Assembly (NCBI GenBank): GCA_024636585.1
Contig: JAGXGS010000021.1
Location: 59,722 to 123,721 of the forward strand
Direction: 5' to 3'
Source of the DNA: Thiogranum sp.
GTDB taxonomy: Bacteria; Pseudomonadota; Gammaproteobacteria; DSM-19610
Length of the DNA stretch: 64,000 nucleotides
This document shows, piece by piece, positions 34,758 to 44,509 of the stretch; positions within the stretch are counted from its first letter, which is position 1, and every line of letters begins with the position of its first letter. The notes beneath the pieces are model-generated. The model saw only the letters and a program-made list of their open reading frames with translations. It was not told the DNA's origin and made no database searches. The position numbers and the translations under genes were made by a program.

Positions 34758-35512
34758 ATGGCGGGGAGCACGAGATGAATGCGACGAGCCATGAAGATCT
34801 GGTCACCTCGATCTACAGCGCCCTGGCGGAGGATACCCGCATCAATCTGAAAAATGTGCAGCTCGACATCCGCCCTGTCGGACAGACCCTGGAGCTGCAT
34901 GGCAAGGTCGAGAACATCGTTAGCAAACGCATTCTGGCAAACATCGCGCGCCAGATCGGCGGCAATGTATTTGAAGTCGATGACCGGCTGCGCGTCAACA
35001 CCGGGGATATCAGTGACGCGGCCCTGCGCGACAAGGTAGCCGAGGCACTGCTCGGCGAACCGGTGTTTAGCGAATACAGCATCAGCGTCGTGGCCGATGG
35101 CAACGAGGATCTGCTGCAGGACCCGCAGCCGGCAGCCGGGAACATCCGGGCTTCCCTGCATGGCGGTGTCGTCACGCTCAGCGGCGAGGTCTGGAGCATC
35201 ACCCATATGCGCCTGGCCGAAGTCGTGCTGTGGTGGATACCGGGCTGTCAGCGCATTGATAATCAGCTGCACGTGCTGCCGGCGGAAACTGATTCAGATG
35301 ATGAGCTCACGGATGCGGTGAAAATCGTGCTGGAAAAAGATCCTCTGGTGCATGCCAGCCAGATCCGTGTCGGTACCGCCGCCGGTGTGGTGGAACTCGA
35401 CGGGCAGCTGCCGAGCGAGGATGAACATATGCTGGCACTGCTGGATACCTGGGCGGTGCCGGGCGTCTGGGAAGTCTATGACCGTATCGAGGTGGGTCGG
35501 GGACTGGGCTGA
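34754..35512 (+). CDS. Triple BON-domain protein
   Basis: Three repeats of L..D......V.L.G.V....V.D/N.L.V. Confidence 0.82.
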   Translation: MNGGEHEMNATSHEDLVTSIYSALAEDTRINLKNVQLDIRPVGQTLELHGKVENIVSKRILANIARQIGGNVFEVDDRLRVNTGDISDAALRDKVAEALLGEPVFSEYSISVVADGNEDLLQDPQPAAGNIRASLHGGVVTLSGEVWSITHMRLAEVVLWWIPGCQRIDNQLHVLPAETDSDDELTDAVKIVLEKDPLVHASQIRVGTAAGVVELDGQLPSEDEHMLALLDTWAVPGVWEVYDRIEVGRGLG

Positions 35513-35523
35513 GCTGCTACGGT

Positions 35524-36726
35524 TCAGGCCCTGGCCCTGGACCTCGAGCCGACGCAGTGTAGCGCCGGGCCGCTGGCCAGGTGCAGGCGGCGGCGCGGAA
35601 AAACGTCGGTGTCCGCCAGCAGTACACAGCGCTCGACCACGTTGCGCAGTTCGCGCACGTTGCCGGGCCACCGGTAACCTCGCATCAATTCAAACACGCT
35701 GTTCGGGATCCGCTGCACGCGGCCACCGACCAGAGTGTTGAATTCGATGACCATCGCCGCCACCAGCTCTTCCAGATCATCCAGCCGGTCGCGCAATGCG
35801 GGAATTTCCAGTTCGAAGGCGCTGAAGCGCCGGTACAGGTCCTCGCGAAAACTGCCGTCCCGCACCCGCGCCTCGAGATCATGATTGCTGGCGACCAGCA
35901 CCTGCACATCGATGCTGATATTCCTGGCACCGCCGAGCCGCCGCAGCTGGCCCTGTTGCAGGGCCCGTAACAGCTTGCGCTGCAGCACCAGATCCATTGC
36001 CCCGATTTCGTCGAGAAACAGGGTGCCGCCGTCGGCCTGCTCCAGATAGCCTGGCTTGCGGCCATGTGCGGTCGTCTCCTCACCGAACAGCGCTGACTCC
36101 AGCAGCGCCGCCGGCAGGCGCGCACAGTTGACCTCGATCATCGGAGCGCCTGAACGCGGACCCGAATAATGCAGAATGCGCGCAACCAGTGCCCTGCCGG
36201 TTCCCGACTCGCCAGTAATCACCAGTCCGCCGAATGCAATGCCGGCCAGTCGCGTCATCCTGCTGCGCAGGCGACGAGCTGATTCGCTATGCCCGCGGAA
36301 CGCCTGTGGCCGGTACTGGCGGCCCAGGGTTTCAGCCTGCTGGCGCAGCCGGCGCTGCGCCAGCGCCCCCCGGCGTGCGCCATGCAACACTACCGCCAGC
36401 CGTTCGGGACTGCAGGCCGGATCAAGAAAGTTAAGTGCGCCCAGCCGCAGTGCGCGGGCGAAATCAGGCGCGCCCTCGTAGCCGGAAAGCAACACCCATT
36501 CGCCCGGCCGCCCGGCCACCCGCAGCTGTTCCAGCAGGTCGAGCGCATTGCCGTCCGGCATCCGCGCACGCGCCAGCACCAGCAGCGGGTCCATGGCTTC
36601 GGCAAACAACCGGCGCCGCGCCTCGGCCAGGGAATCCACCCGTTCGACATCCCAGTTGTGGTTACGCAAGTGTCGGGCGAGACCGGACCGATCATCGGCA
36701 TCAATAATCAGGAGAGAATCAGTCAT
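35524..36726 (-). CDS. Degenerate NtrC-like sigma54 activator (pseudo-REC, altered Walker A, no GAFTGA, no HTH)
   Basis: AAA+ remnants [35 protein letters not shown]. Clear paralog of 54464-55903. Confidence 0.75.
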   Translation of the reverse strand: MTDSLLIIDADDRSGLARHLRNHNWDVERVDSLAEARRRLFAEAMDPLLVLARARMPDGNALDLLEQLRVAGRPGEWVLLSGYEGAPDFARALRLGALNFLDPACSPERLAVVLHGARRGALAQRRLRQQAETLGRQYRPQAFRGHSESARRLRSRMTRLAGIAFGGLVITGESGTGRALVARILHYSGPRSGAPMIEVNCARLPAALLESALFGEETTAHGRKPGYLEQADGGTLFLDEIGAMDLVLQRKLLRALQQGQLRRLGGARNISIDVQVLVASNHDLEARVRDGSFREDLYRRFSAFELEIPALRDRLDDLEELVAAMVIEFNTLVGGRVQRIPNSVFELMRGYRWPGNVRELRNVVERCVLLADTDVFPRRRLHLASGPALHCVGSRSRARA

Positions 36727-36732
36727 TGCCGC

Positions 36733-37014
36733 TCAGCCATGGGTGGTTGGCACCGGGCGCGCAGCCGGTTCTGTCCCCAGCTGATCGAGCGCCTGCAGCA
36801 CTTCGTCGAGGGATATCCGTGCCGGCTCGGCAGCCGGCATGTTCTCGTCGTCCGCCACCATCGCCTCGCGCAGATCCAGCTCCCACTGGCGGAGTACCGC
36901 GATTTTCTGCTCCCGGTCGAGATCGCTCCGGGCCAGCAGACTCTCCGGCGTTTCGGAATCAAGTAGCTCGCCGGTGTCCGGCGAGCCGGTTTCGGTAGTG
37001 GTGTCTTCGTTCAT
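36733..37014 (-). CDS. Small acidic hypothetical (stress-island) protein
   Basis: GGAGG RBS before ATG 37014; PESLL..DL.REQKIAVLRQWELD pattern; sigma54 motif upstream. Confidence 0.7.
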   Translation of the reverse strand: MNEDTTTETGSPDTGELLDSETPESLLARSDLDREQKIAVLRQWELDLREAMVADDENMPAAEPARISLDEVLQALDQLGTEPAARPVPTTHG

Positions 37015-37075
37015 TCGAGGTCCCTCCTGCCTGCACTGCGTCAGCTGGCTGTGCATAGTCGTCGGTGGTGTTATT

Positions 37076-37091
37076 TGCAAGTCGTGTGCCT
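37076..37091 (-). promoter_or_regulatory. sigma54 -24/-12 promoter
   Basis: AGGCAC-ACGAC-TTGCA. Confidence 0.65.
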
Positions 37092-37290
37092 TCTACCGTC
37101 AGCACGGGATCGTTGCGCGCGACAGCGGCCGGTCGCGGTTCGTCACGACTGGCAGGATGGCAGCTTTGACAGCTCGGCAGCCGGCGGAACCCGGCTCGAC
37201 AGCAGTTCGATGCAGCAGTGGGCAGAGGTCACAACCGCGGTGTTTTTCCACCTGCGGCGGTGCATTTGCACCTTGTATCGCAGCTTCGGA

Positions 37291-38853
37291 TCACTCCTCC
37301 GCAATCGCGGCCTCCAGTTCAGCCACGCCGGCCGGCTTGATCAGGTGCCAGGAAAAACCGGCCTCGGCCGCCAGGCGCCGGTCGGTGGTGCTGCCGTAAC
37401 CGGTCAGCGCGATCAGGCGCGTGTCGCCGAGCGACGGCAGCCGGCGCAGGCGGCGCGCCACTTCATAGCCGTCGATCCCCGGCAATCCGATATCGATGAC
37501 CACGGCATCCGGCACCCACTCGCGCGCCGCTTCCAGACCGGCGTAGCCGTCGTGTGCCAGCCGCACCTCATGTCCGCGGTCCTCGAGCAATGCCTTGAGC
37601 CCCAGCACCAGTGCCCGGTTATCATCGATCAGCAGAACCCGCGCCGGTTTGAATTTCGATGGCGCCGACCGCACCGGACGTTCTATCTCCGCAGCGACGA
37701 CCTCCTGCACCGGCAGCGTCACCACGAACTCACTGCCACGGCCCGGTCCCTCGCTGTGTGCGCGAATGACGCCGCCGTGCAGGTTCACCAGCCGCGCCGC
37801 AAGGTGCAGGCCAAGACCCAGGCCGCGCTGCCCGGGTCGCCGCATGGCGCTTTCAGCCTGATAAAAAGCCTGGAACACATGTTCGAGAGTTTCCGTTGTC
37901 ATGCCCTGGCCATGGTCGCGCACCCGCACCTCGGCGAGTCCGTCTGCGCGTCGCGCGCTCAGCTCGATGGTCTCGCCCTCCTCCAAATAGCGCGAGGCAT
38001 TCTGCAACAGGTTAACGAACACCTGCTGCAGGCGCGTGGTATCGCCGCGCAGCGGCAACGGCTGATCGGGCAGGTCGACCTCCAGGCGCTGAGCCTTGCT
38101 GTTCAATTCAGACGCAACCTGCTCCATCGAGTGTTCCAGCACCAGCGCCAGATCAGCCGGATCGCGTCGCAGGGTGAGCTTGTCCTGAACCAGTCGCGAG
38201 ATGTCCAGAAGATCGTCGAGCATCCGCTTCATGTTGGCCGCCTGCTCCTGCACGATATTCTTGCAGGAACTTGCATGCTGACTGTCAGCTGGCGCCATCT
38301 GCAGCACTTCGGCGCAGGTGACAATAGCTGACAACGGGTTACGTAACTCGTGGCCGAGCACCGCCATGAACTGATCCCGTTGCCGAATCTGTGCGGCACG
38401 CTCCTCGAGCAGGTCACGGATACGGAATTGCTGGCGCCGTTCGTAGAGTGACATCTGGACAGCGCTGACAAAGCTGGTGATGCGGATCGGACTTTCCAGC
38501 AGGGTAACTCTGCCCCGACCGAGCAGGCTGGAGTCTCTGGCTACATCCAGCGTGGCCGGCGGCAGGGCCCGGCACAACAGCACCAGCGGCAGTGCCGACC
38601 AGTCAGGCTGGGCGGCGACAAAATTCCTGAGCGCCTCGCCGGCCCGCCCTTTCATGGTCTCCTCCGCGACCACGACAACATCAGTGTCGCCGACCAGTGC
38701 AGCGCTGAATGTCCGCGCATCGGTGTGCACGCTGCTGGCAATGCCGTGCTGCCGAAGCGCGCGCCCGCACAATTGCGAGTCGCGCGCGCCGTTGACCATA
38801 ACGACCACCCGTTCTTCGCGTCCTTCTCCCGGCGGCAACTGCGGAGCTGACAT
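37291..38853 (-). CDS. Hybrid sensor histidine kinase (pseudo-REC, HisKA, HATPase, REC)
   Basis: LGHELRNPL; NLLQNASRY; GLGLGL; C-terminal REC (LIDDN, DIGLPGIDG). Confidence 0.9.
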   Translation of the reverse strand: MSAPQLPPGEGREERVVVMVNGARDSQLCGRALRQHGIASSVHTDARTFSAALVGDTDVVVVAEETMKGRAGEALRNFVAAQPDWSALPLVLLCRALPPATLDVARDSSLLGRGRVTLLESPIRITSFVSAVQMSLYERRQQFRIRDLLEERAAQIRQRDQFMAVLGHELRNPLSAIVTCAEVLQMAPADSQHASSCKNIVQEQAANMKRMLDDLLDISRLVQDKLTLRRDPADLALVLEHSMEQVASELNSKAQRLEVDLPDQPLPLRGDTTRLQQVFVNLLQNASRYLEEGETIELSARRADGLAEVRVRDHGQGMTTETLEHVFQAFYQAESAMRRPGQRGLGLGLHLAARLVNLHGGVIRAHSEGPGRGSEFVVTLPVQEVVAAEIERPVRSAPSKFKPARVLLIDDNRALVLGLKALLEDRGHEVRLAHDGYAGLEAAREWVPDAVVIDIGLPGIDGYEVARRLRRLPSLGDTRLIALTGYGSTTDRRLAAEAGFSWHLIKPAGVAELEAAIAEE

Positions 38854-38856
38854 CGT

Positions 38857-40308
38857 CTAGCGCAGCGACTCACCGCCCGTATAAACGGGCACAGCGCCGA
38901 GTACGCCGGTAAAGCCGATCATGGGTTCACTGACCTGCATACCGCCGTCACGCATGCTGTACTCACGCACCGTGCGTTCATGATCGCCATAACGCTTCTT
39001 CAACACCGACATCGCATAGCGAACCGTGCCTGCGATCTCGAAATAGCGCTGCAGGATCACGGTGTCGGCGAGATAGCTGAGGTCGATCGGCTGCAGCCCG
39101 CTCTGTTGCTCGAGGGTCATAAAGGCAACTGCGCCGCGGGCCTTGAGATGTCCCAGCAACAGCAGTAGATGTGCTGCGACCGGCGCCCCGCCACTCATGG
39201 CATCGCGGTAGCCGTTCAGGCTGTCGATCACCACCGCCCGCACGCCCTGCTCCACACGCTGCAGGATATCCGCGGCGAGTTCACCGAAAGAGATTTCAGC
39301 ATGGCTGATCGAACGCAGGTAAATGCGTCCTGATGCCAGATGCTCCCTGAGATCCAGACCCTTGCTCCTGGCCCGCAACACCGGCATGCCCGGCGATTCA
39401 TCAAACAGATATATGGCTGTCTTTTCGTCACGTTCGGCGGCGGCGCGGGCATATTGCAATGCCAGCATCGATTTGCCGCAGCCCGGCGGTCCGATAATGC
39501 CTACCGAAGTGCCCACTTCGACACCACCGCCGAGCAGCCGATCGATTTCCATGATGCCGCTCGATATCAGGCCCGGCGCGGGTTCGACTGCGGGTGGCGG
39601 CGCCGACAGCGAGGGATAAACCCGAAGTCCGCCGCTGCGGATTCTGAAGTCGTGGTAACCGGTCGCATAATCCTGGCCGCGCACCTTGAGCACGCACAGA
39701 CGGCGGCGCAACGGACCGAAGTCCTCGATGATTTGTTCGAGGCGAATAACGCCCCAGGCAAGGCTGTAAGGAGCTGCCTGCGCTCCGATGCGCGGCGTCT
39801 CATCCACCATCATCACAGTACAGCCGATTTCATCCAGGCGCTGCCGCAGTGCCACCATGACATCCCGGAAACGCACCGGATGTTCACCGTCGGCGCGCAG
39901 GCTGGACAAGGTGTCGATCACTACCCGTTTGGGACGCGTTGCGCTGATCTGTTCGAGCACCTGGTTCACCCGCTCGTCCTGTTCTACATCCGAAACATCG
40001 AACAGCGAGTTTTCAAGCGCGCTTTCCGGCATCCGTTGCAGCGTCACGACCTGAACCGATGCCAGTTCCCAACCATGCGAGGCAGCCATGACCTCGATCT
40101 CGCGCACGGTTTCGGAAAGCGCGATGAACAGGCAGGTTTCACCACGCCGGACCCCCTCGAGCAGGAATTGCAGCGCCAGCGTGGTCTTGCCGGTGCCGGC
40201 GCTTCCCTCCACCAGATACAGGCAGCCGCTCTGCAGTCCACCGTTAAGGATGGTATCGAGGCCCTGCACGCCAGAGGGAAGGTAAGGTAACGGGAGGTTG
40301 TTGTTCAT
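38857..40308 (-). CDS. KaiC-like double-RecA-domain ATPase
   Basis: Walker A motifs GSAGTGKT and GPPGCGKS; VVIDT/VVIDS; LSYLADTVI; VLKVRG and VLKKR. Confidence 0.9.
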   Translation of the reverse strand: MNNNLPLPYLPSGVQGLDTILNGGLQSGCLYLVEGSAGTGKTTLALQFLLEGVRRGETCLFIALSETVREIEVMAASHGWELASVQVVTLQRMPESALENSLFDVSDVEQDERVNQVLEQISATRPKRVVIDTLSSLRADGEHPVRFRDVMVALRQRLDEIGCTVMMVDETPRIGAQAAPYSLAWGVIRLEQIIEDFGPLRRRLCVLKVRGQDYATGYHDFRIRSGGLRVYPSLSAPPPAVEPAPGLISSGIMEIDRLLGGGVEVGTSVGIIGPPGCGKSMLALQYARAAAERDEKTAIYLFDESPGMPVLRARSKGLDLREHLASGRIYLRSISHAEISFGELAADILQRVEQGVRAVVIDSLNGYRDAMSGGAPVAAHLLLLLGHLKARGAVAFMTLEQQSGLQPIDLSYLADTVILQRYFEIAGTVRYAMSVLKKRYGDHERTVREYSMRDGGMQVSEPMIGFTGVLGAVPVYTGGESLR

Positions 40309-40352
40309 CCCATTAACTCTAGCAAACCCGCTGTGGAAATCTGTGCGGCCGG

Positions 40353-40928
40353 CTATTCCGACTCAGCGGCGCGTTCCAGTTCCTGCCCGGTTTTATCCAG
40401 CACGACGGCCGAACCGTCGCGCGTAATCATTGCCTCTTCCCAGGGTACCCGCACGATGCTTTCGCCAATACCCAGAAAACCGCCACGCTTGATGATCAGG
40501 GCTTCAAGGTTCCCCTGATCCGGTCGGAGCGACAGATCCTCGACCACACCCAGCTCATCGCCCAGACGGTTGCGGACCGGCATGCCCACCAGCCGGTTGA
40601 TCTGCAGTTTCCCCGGATACGCCGTGATTGGCACCGGCACCGCAAATTTCTCAACATCCTTCACGGATTTTGCATGTTCACGATGATCCTCCACCAGCGC
40701 CTCCATCTCTTCTACCAGCCCGATGCACAGCTGTTCCCGACCTTGTTCGCCCAGGTTCTGCGCCACCTGTCGCAGTCTTTCCAGATCCGGGCGGTCCGGA
40801 TCCAGGTAAGGCGCCTCGGCCTGCACGGCCCGCAGCTCATCGATGCGTGCGGCGCAATCGGCGCGTGCCGACTGGCTGGCAACGGAAAACAAAATCATGA
40901 CGATCATCAGCGCAACAGTGTTTTTCAT
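40353..40928 (-). CDS. Exported PRC-barrel protein
   Basis: Signal peptide; LVGMPVRNRLGDELGVVEDL...GGFLGIGE. Confidence 0.8.
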   Translation of the reverse strand: MKNTVALMIVMILFSVASQSARADCAARIDELRAVQAEAPYLDPDRPDLERLRQVAQNLGEQGREQLCIGLVEEMEALVEDHREHAKSVKDVEKFAVPVPITAYPGKLQINRLVGMPVRNRLGDELGVVEDLSLRPDQGNLEALIIKRGGFLGIGESIVRVPWEEAMITRDGSAVVLDKTGQELERAAESE

Positions 40929-40976
40929 CAGACTCCCCTGGCAGATAAAAAAGAGTTTTCTGTTCAATGCAATAAC

Positions 40977-40992
40977 AGCATGGACTATGCCA
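40977..40992 (-). promoter_or_regulatory. sigma54 -24/-12 promoter
   Basis: TGGCAT-AGTCC-ATGCT. Confidence 0.55.
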
Positions 40993-41104
40993 GTTGCGGC
41001 AAATCAGCAGTAGCTGCAGATAGCAAATTAAGTGTTTGTACCTACACTTTTCCCGTTGTAAGCTCGAAGCTCGTTTGGGCTGATTAATTAAATCCGGAGA
41101 GCTG

Positions 41105-41584
41105 ATGCGGTTTACATTACTTCTCGCGCTAGGCATGGCTTTGACAGGGGCTCCTGTCGTCGCCGAGTCAACGGCAGACTTTCAGACGCGCGTCATCATG
41201 ACGGAAAAGTCCGCCTCCACATTCTATGTTCCCGCCAATATCGCGGGCTTCGGACCAACCGAATTAATGGTCGACACCGGTTCCGGCTATGTCACCATCA
41301 ATGAGCAGACACTTGCGGTTCTGAAGAAGGCAGGCAAGGCCAAATATCACAAGGACCTGATCGGTGTGCTCGCCAACGGCAGCGAGATGCGGGTGCCTGT
41401 CTACATCGTCAGCAGCATCAGCATCGGGGCGAATTGCTGGCTGAAGGACGTGGAAGCAGCAGTGTTTCCCGGCACTTCGCGCCAGATCCTGGGACTCAGT
41501 GCGCTGCGCAAGACAGCTCCGTTTGTATTCTCCATCGCTCCCCCGGAACTGATGCTGAGCGCCTGTGCGGGAGCCGCCACCTGA
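41105..41584 (+). CDS. Exported retropepsin-like aspartic protease
   Basis: Signal peptide; MVDTGS; ANG flap; ILGLSAL. Confidence 0.85.
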   Translation: MRFTLLLALGMALTGAPVVAESTADFQTRVIMTEKSASTFYVPANIAGFGPTELMVDTGSGYVTINEQTLAVLKKAGKAKYHKDLIGVLANGSEMRVPVYIVSSISIGANCWLKDVEAAVFPGTSRQILGLSALRKTAPFVFSIAPPELMLSACAGAAT

Positions 41585-41617
41585 ACCGGACCTGACACGG
41601 CTGCCGCGCGCCCGGAT

Positions 41618-42052
41618 TCAGGCCGCCGCGGCAAGTGTCTTATGGGCGCGGCGCAGGTGCCGGGCGAGTTGTTCGAGCAGGTCAGTCTCACCAGGCGACC
41701 ATCCCATCTGCAACACCGGTTCCAGCTCGGCCAGCCATTCCTCATCGCCGTGACGAAGTCGCCCGACCAGCGAACGCTGTTCGCCTGTCGCCGTGCTGAG
41801 ACGATCAATCATCTCTGAAATTACCACCCGCTCCGGATCACCCGGCTGCGGCAGATCTGCATGGGCCCGCTCCAGTTCGGCCAGCGCCTCAACCAGCGGT
41901 GTCCTTTCCCTCTCGATTCCGGCAAGCGTGTTGCGCAGCGGTTCGGCGATCGCCTTCGTTGCGATAGCACTGCGGTAACGCTGCAACAGCTCCTCACCGT
42001 GCGCGTGCAGGGCCGCCAGTCGTTCCTGGCGCTCATTTCGAAGCAGTGTCAT
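41618..42052 (-). CDS. Hypothetical helical protein (ferritin-like?)
   Basis: ORF with host-like codon usage; LLRNERQ..L...Y...LP...DPER pattern. Function not recognised. Confidence 0.6.
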   Translation of the reverse strand: MTLLRNERQERLAALHAHGEELLQRYRSAIATKAIAEPLRNTLAGIERERTPLVEALAELERAHADLPQPGDPERVVISEMIDRLSTATGEQRSLVGRLRHGDEEWLAELEPVLQMGWSPGETDLLEQLARHLRRAHKTLAAAA

Positions 42053-42184
42053 GGCGCCTTGAGCTTTCTCATATTTGCACATCTCCAGTGAGCACCAGTG
42101 GGGCATTTGCACCAATCCTGCGGGCAAATAGACCAGTCAGTCATAGCTGTATGCACGATTGACGTACTGCTGCGGCGGCGCAGC

Positions 42185-42200
42185 TGGCATAACAGGTGCA
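42185..42200 (+). promoter_or_regulatory. sigma54 -24/-12 promoter (upstream of SDR remnant)
   Basis: TGGCAT-AACAG-GTGCA. Confidence 0.5.
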
Positions 42201-42222
42201 GGTTATGCAGCTATCACCTGTA

Positions 42223-42573
42223 ACAAGCATCATCAATACGACATCGGTGAACGCCTATAAAGGCAATGCACACCTGATCGCCTACACCGCCACCAAGGGC
42301 GCCATCGTGGCCTTTACCCGTTCGATTGCGTTATCGCTGGCGGAACGGGAAATTCGCGTTAACGGCGTTGCGCCGGGCCCGGTCTGGACGCCGCTGATTC
42401 CCTCGACCTATCCTGCAGAAGCCACCGAGAACTTCGGAAGCCAGGTGCCGCTGAAACGGCCGGGCCAGCCGTCCGAGATCGCGCCCAGCTATGTATTTCT
42501 CGCCAACCAGGATGCGTCCTATATGACCGGGCAGATTCTGCATCCCAACGGCGGCTACATAGTCAACGCCTGA
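42223..42573 (+). pseudogene. C-terminal remnant of an SDR oxidoreductase (YhdF/YdaD general-stress type)
   Basis: SIINTTS...YTATKGAI...IRVNGVAPGPVWTPLI...YMTGQILHPNGG. The N-terminal TGxxxGIG Rossmann half is missing. Confidence 0.8.
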
Positions 42574-42579
42574 TCGACA

Positions 42580-42735
42580 GAAGCGCGCGGCCGCCGTGAT
42601 AGATTGCCGCGGCGCTGTGCGCCTCGCAATGACAACAATGGTCATTGCGAGCGAAGCGCGGTCATCTTTCACGGCGGCCGCGCTTCGCTCATAGAACCCC
42701 TTCGGGGTTCGTTATGAGTACCTTACCCTTCGGGT
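42580..42735. repeat. Composite REP-like palindrome with UUCG hairpins
   Basis: GAAGCGCGCGGCCGCCGTGA / TCACGGCGGCCGCGCTTC enclosing two inverted GTCATTGCGAG units; then GAACCCCTTCGGGGTTC and ACCCTTCGGGT. Confidence 0.75.
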
Positions 42736-42749
42736 CAAGGCAGAATTCC

Positions 42750-42938
42750 CTAATGCATTTTATCGATTTCGCGCTCCGCCTCTTCCTTCGATATGCCGTA
42801 GTTCTCCTGCAGCTTGCCCGCAAGGCGCTCGCGCTGACCGTCGATGTAAGTCAGATCATCGTCAGTCAATTTTCCCCAGCGTGCTTTCACGCCACCTTTG
42901 GCCTGCTTCCAGTTGCCCTTGATCTGGTCCCAGTTCAT
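42750..42938 (-). CDS. csbD: CsbD-family (YjbJ) stress protein
   Basis: MNWDQIKGNWKQAKGGVKARWGKLTDDDL...GKLQENYG; AGGAGA RBS. Confidence 0.93.
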   Translation of the reverse strand: MNWDQIKGNWKQAKGGVKARWGKLTDDDLTYIDGQRERLAGKLQENYGISKEEAEREIDKMH

Positions 42939-43008
42939 AAAACACTCTCCTGTGTCCGGTTGATGACTGCGGAAGCGTTTCGTCCTGCCTCCACTATTTA
43001 GTTTAGTA

Positions 43009-43024
43009 CGCAGTTCGCGTGCCA
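43009..43024 (-). promoter_or_regulatory. sigma54 -24/-12 promoter (csbD)
   Basis: TGGCAC-GCGAA-CTGCG. Confidence 0.62.
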
Positions 43025-43358
43025 GACGGACTTGCCATTCAAGGCCTGCGATCGGTCCACCTGATGTGGTTGGTATGCACCGCCCACAGCGTGTTATCAA
43101 CCGTCCGGGTGCTGCGATTCAGAACCGTCACCGATCCCGCAGACAGCAAAAGCATCCGCAAAAGCCGTGCACGCCGTTTCGGTCATGCGCTCGAACAACC
43201 AGCGCCGCGATTCACATAGCTGTCGGGTATAGTCATGTCTGGCGGTGCCTGACTGTCTCCGCGCCGCCAGCTCCAAACGCTCCTGCAAATCAGCTGCCAC
43301 CGCAGTGATGGCTGACATCATCAGCCCGAGCAGCACTGCGCAACGTGAATCAAATCCT

Positions 43359-44354
43359 TTAGTCATTTTCCACATCCTGCCGCAGCCCTGGCATTGTCGG
43401 CTGGTGCGCAGCGACCACCTGCAGGGCGCCGGGTAACAGATCGAAATGCGCCGGAGTCCGGGCGATGATTTCACCGTCCGCCGAAATTGGCAGCCGCCGC
43501 GAAGTCCGCACCGACAGGGTGGCGCCCTGCACGGTATATACCTCGCTCAGCTCCCGGTGTCGGCCCCGTGCCAGCCAGGGTCCGTGCAACAACAGCCGCC
43601 ACAGCGGCAACGGCGCCAGGCTGTAGAGATCCAGCCGCCGGTCGTCGATTGCAGCGTCGTCAAATACCGTCGCACCACCGCCGTAGTACCTGCCGTTTCC
43701 GATCGCCACATGAATGCTGTGCAGGCGACGCTGCGGCCCTTCGTCCGCGGCAATGCGGCAGCGAAACGGTCGTATATCGCGATAAGCACTGAACAGCGCC
43801 CGCAGGTAAGCAAAGACACCGGCTCGCGCTTTAAGCTGTGCAGAAAGATGCTCGGTAACCTTCGGTCCAAGTCCGATACTGGCGACATTGGCAAACAGCA
43901 TGCCGTTGACCCGGCCCAGGTCAATGGACATGACCCGGCCATTGATGGCCACTTGAACGGCTTGACCAGGATCATCGGGAATCCCGAGCGTGCGCGCCAG
44001 ATCATTCGCCGTGCCGGTGGGAACAATGGCCAGCGGCAGGGTTGCCTCGACCAGAAACGGCAGCAGGCGATTGATGGTTCCATCGCCGCCCGCCACCAGG
44101 ATGCGGTCGGTCGTCGGATCCAGCATCGCAGCCTGTTCGCGTAGCGTGTCCGGTAATGCATCGGCAAGGATCGGTGCATCGCCGAACAGCGGCACGCCGC
44201 TATCATGCAATGCGTCAACCAGTGCCCCGGTCTCATCCCGCCCGTTGCGGCTGCGCGGATTCACGACCAGCAGGCAGCGCTGCATGGACCCGGAGACGGC
44301 ATTATCCGCTGCGTCCCTCCCGGTCTCGTCACTCATGTGCAGCTCAGTCTCCAT
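43359..44354 (-). CDS. Diacylglycerol/lipid kinase family protein (YegS/Rv2252/BmrU)
   Basis: VNPRS; AGGDGT; PTGTANDLAR; GNGRYYGGG; ADGE. Confidence 0.9.
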   Translation of the reverse strand: METELHMSDETGRDAADNAVSGSMQRCLLVVNPRSRNGRDETGALVDALHDSGVPLFGDAPILADALPDTLREQAAMLDPTTDRILVAGGDGTINRLLPFLVEATLPLAIVPTGTANDLARTLGIPDDPGQAVQVAINGRVMSIDLGRVNGMLFANVASIGLGPKVTEHLSAQLKARAGVFAYLRALFSAYRDIRPFRCRIAADEGPQRRLHSIHVAIGNGRYYGGGATVFDDAAIDDRRLDLYSLAPLPLWRLLLHGPWLARGRHRELSEVYTVQGATLSVRTSRRLPISADGEIIARTPAHFDLLPGALQVVAAHQPTMPGLRQDVEND

Positions 44355-44381
44355 CTTTCTTGCACCTCATTCGCGTGGCAA

Positions 44382-44420
44382 TGCAAGACAGGTGCCGCCA
44401 GTGTTGGCGTGATGTTTGCT
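44382..44420. promoter_or_regulatory. Back-to-back sigma54 promoters (lipid kinase leftward, DUF1328 rightward)
   Basis: Minus strand CGGCAC-CTGTC-TTGCA (44397-44382); plus strand TGGCGT-GATGT-TTGCT (44405-44420). Confidence 0.65.
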
Positions 44421-44509
44421 GAACCTTGTACACAGGCACCTGAATTGCCCGCGACGGAAATGCCGGCGAAGCAGGCGCACGAGCCAACAGCAGAATAAGG
44501 AGGTGGAAC

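Noticed and set aside
38857-40308. Circadian clock kaiC
   Set aside because: No kaiA/kaiB, SY instead of ST, and it is coupled to a hybrid kinase; a KaiC-like ATPase only.
40958-40970. TCAATGC half-site
   Set aside because: No matching left arm.
43097-43375. Possible small exported protein overlapping the lipid kinase stop
   Set aside because: Signal-like stretch present but no recognisable family or clear RBS; not enough support to call.
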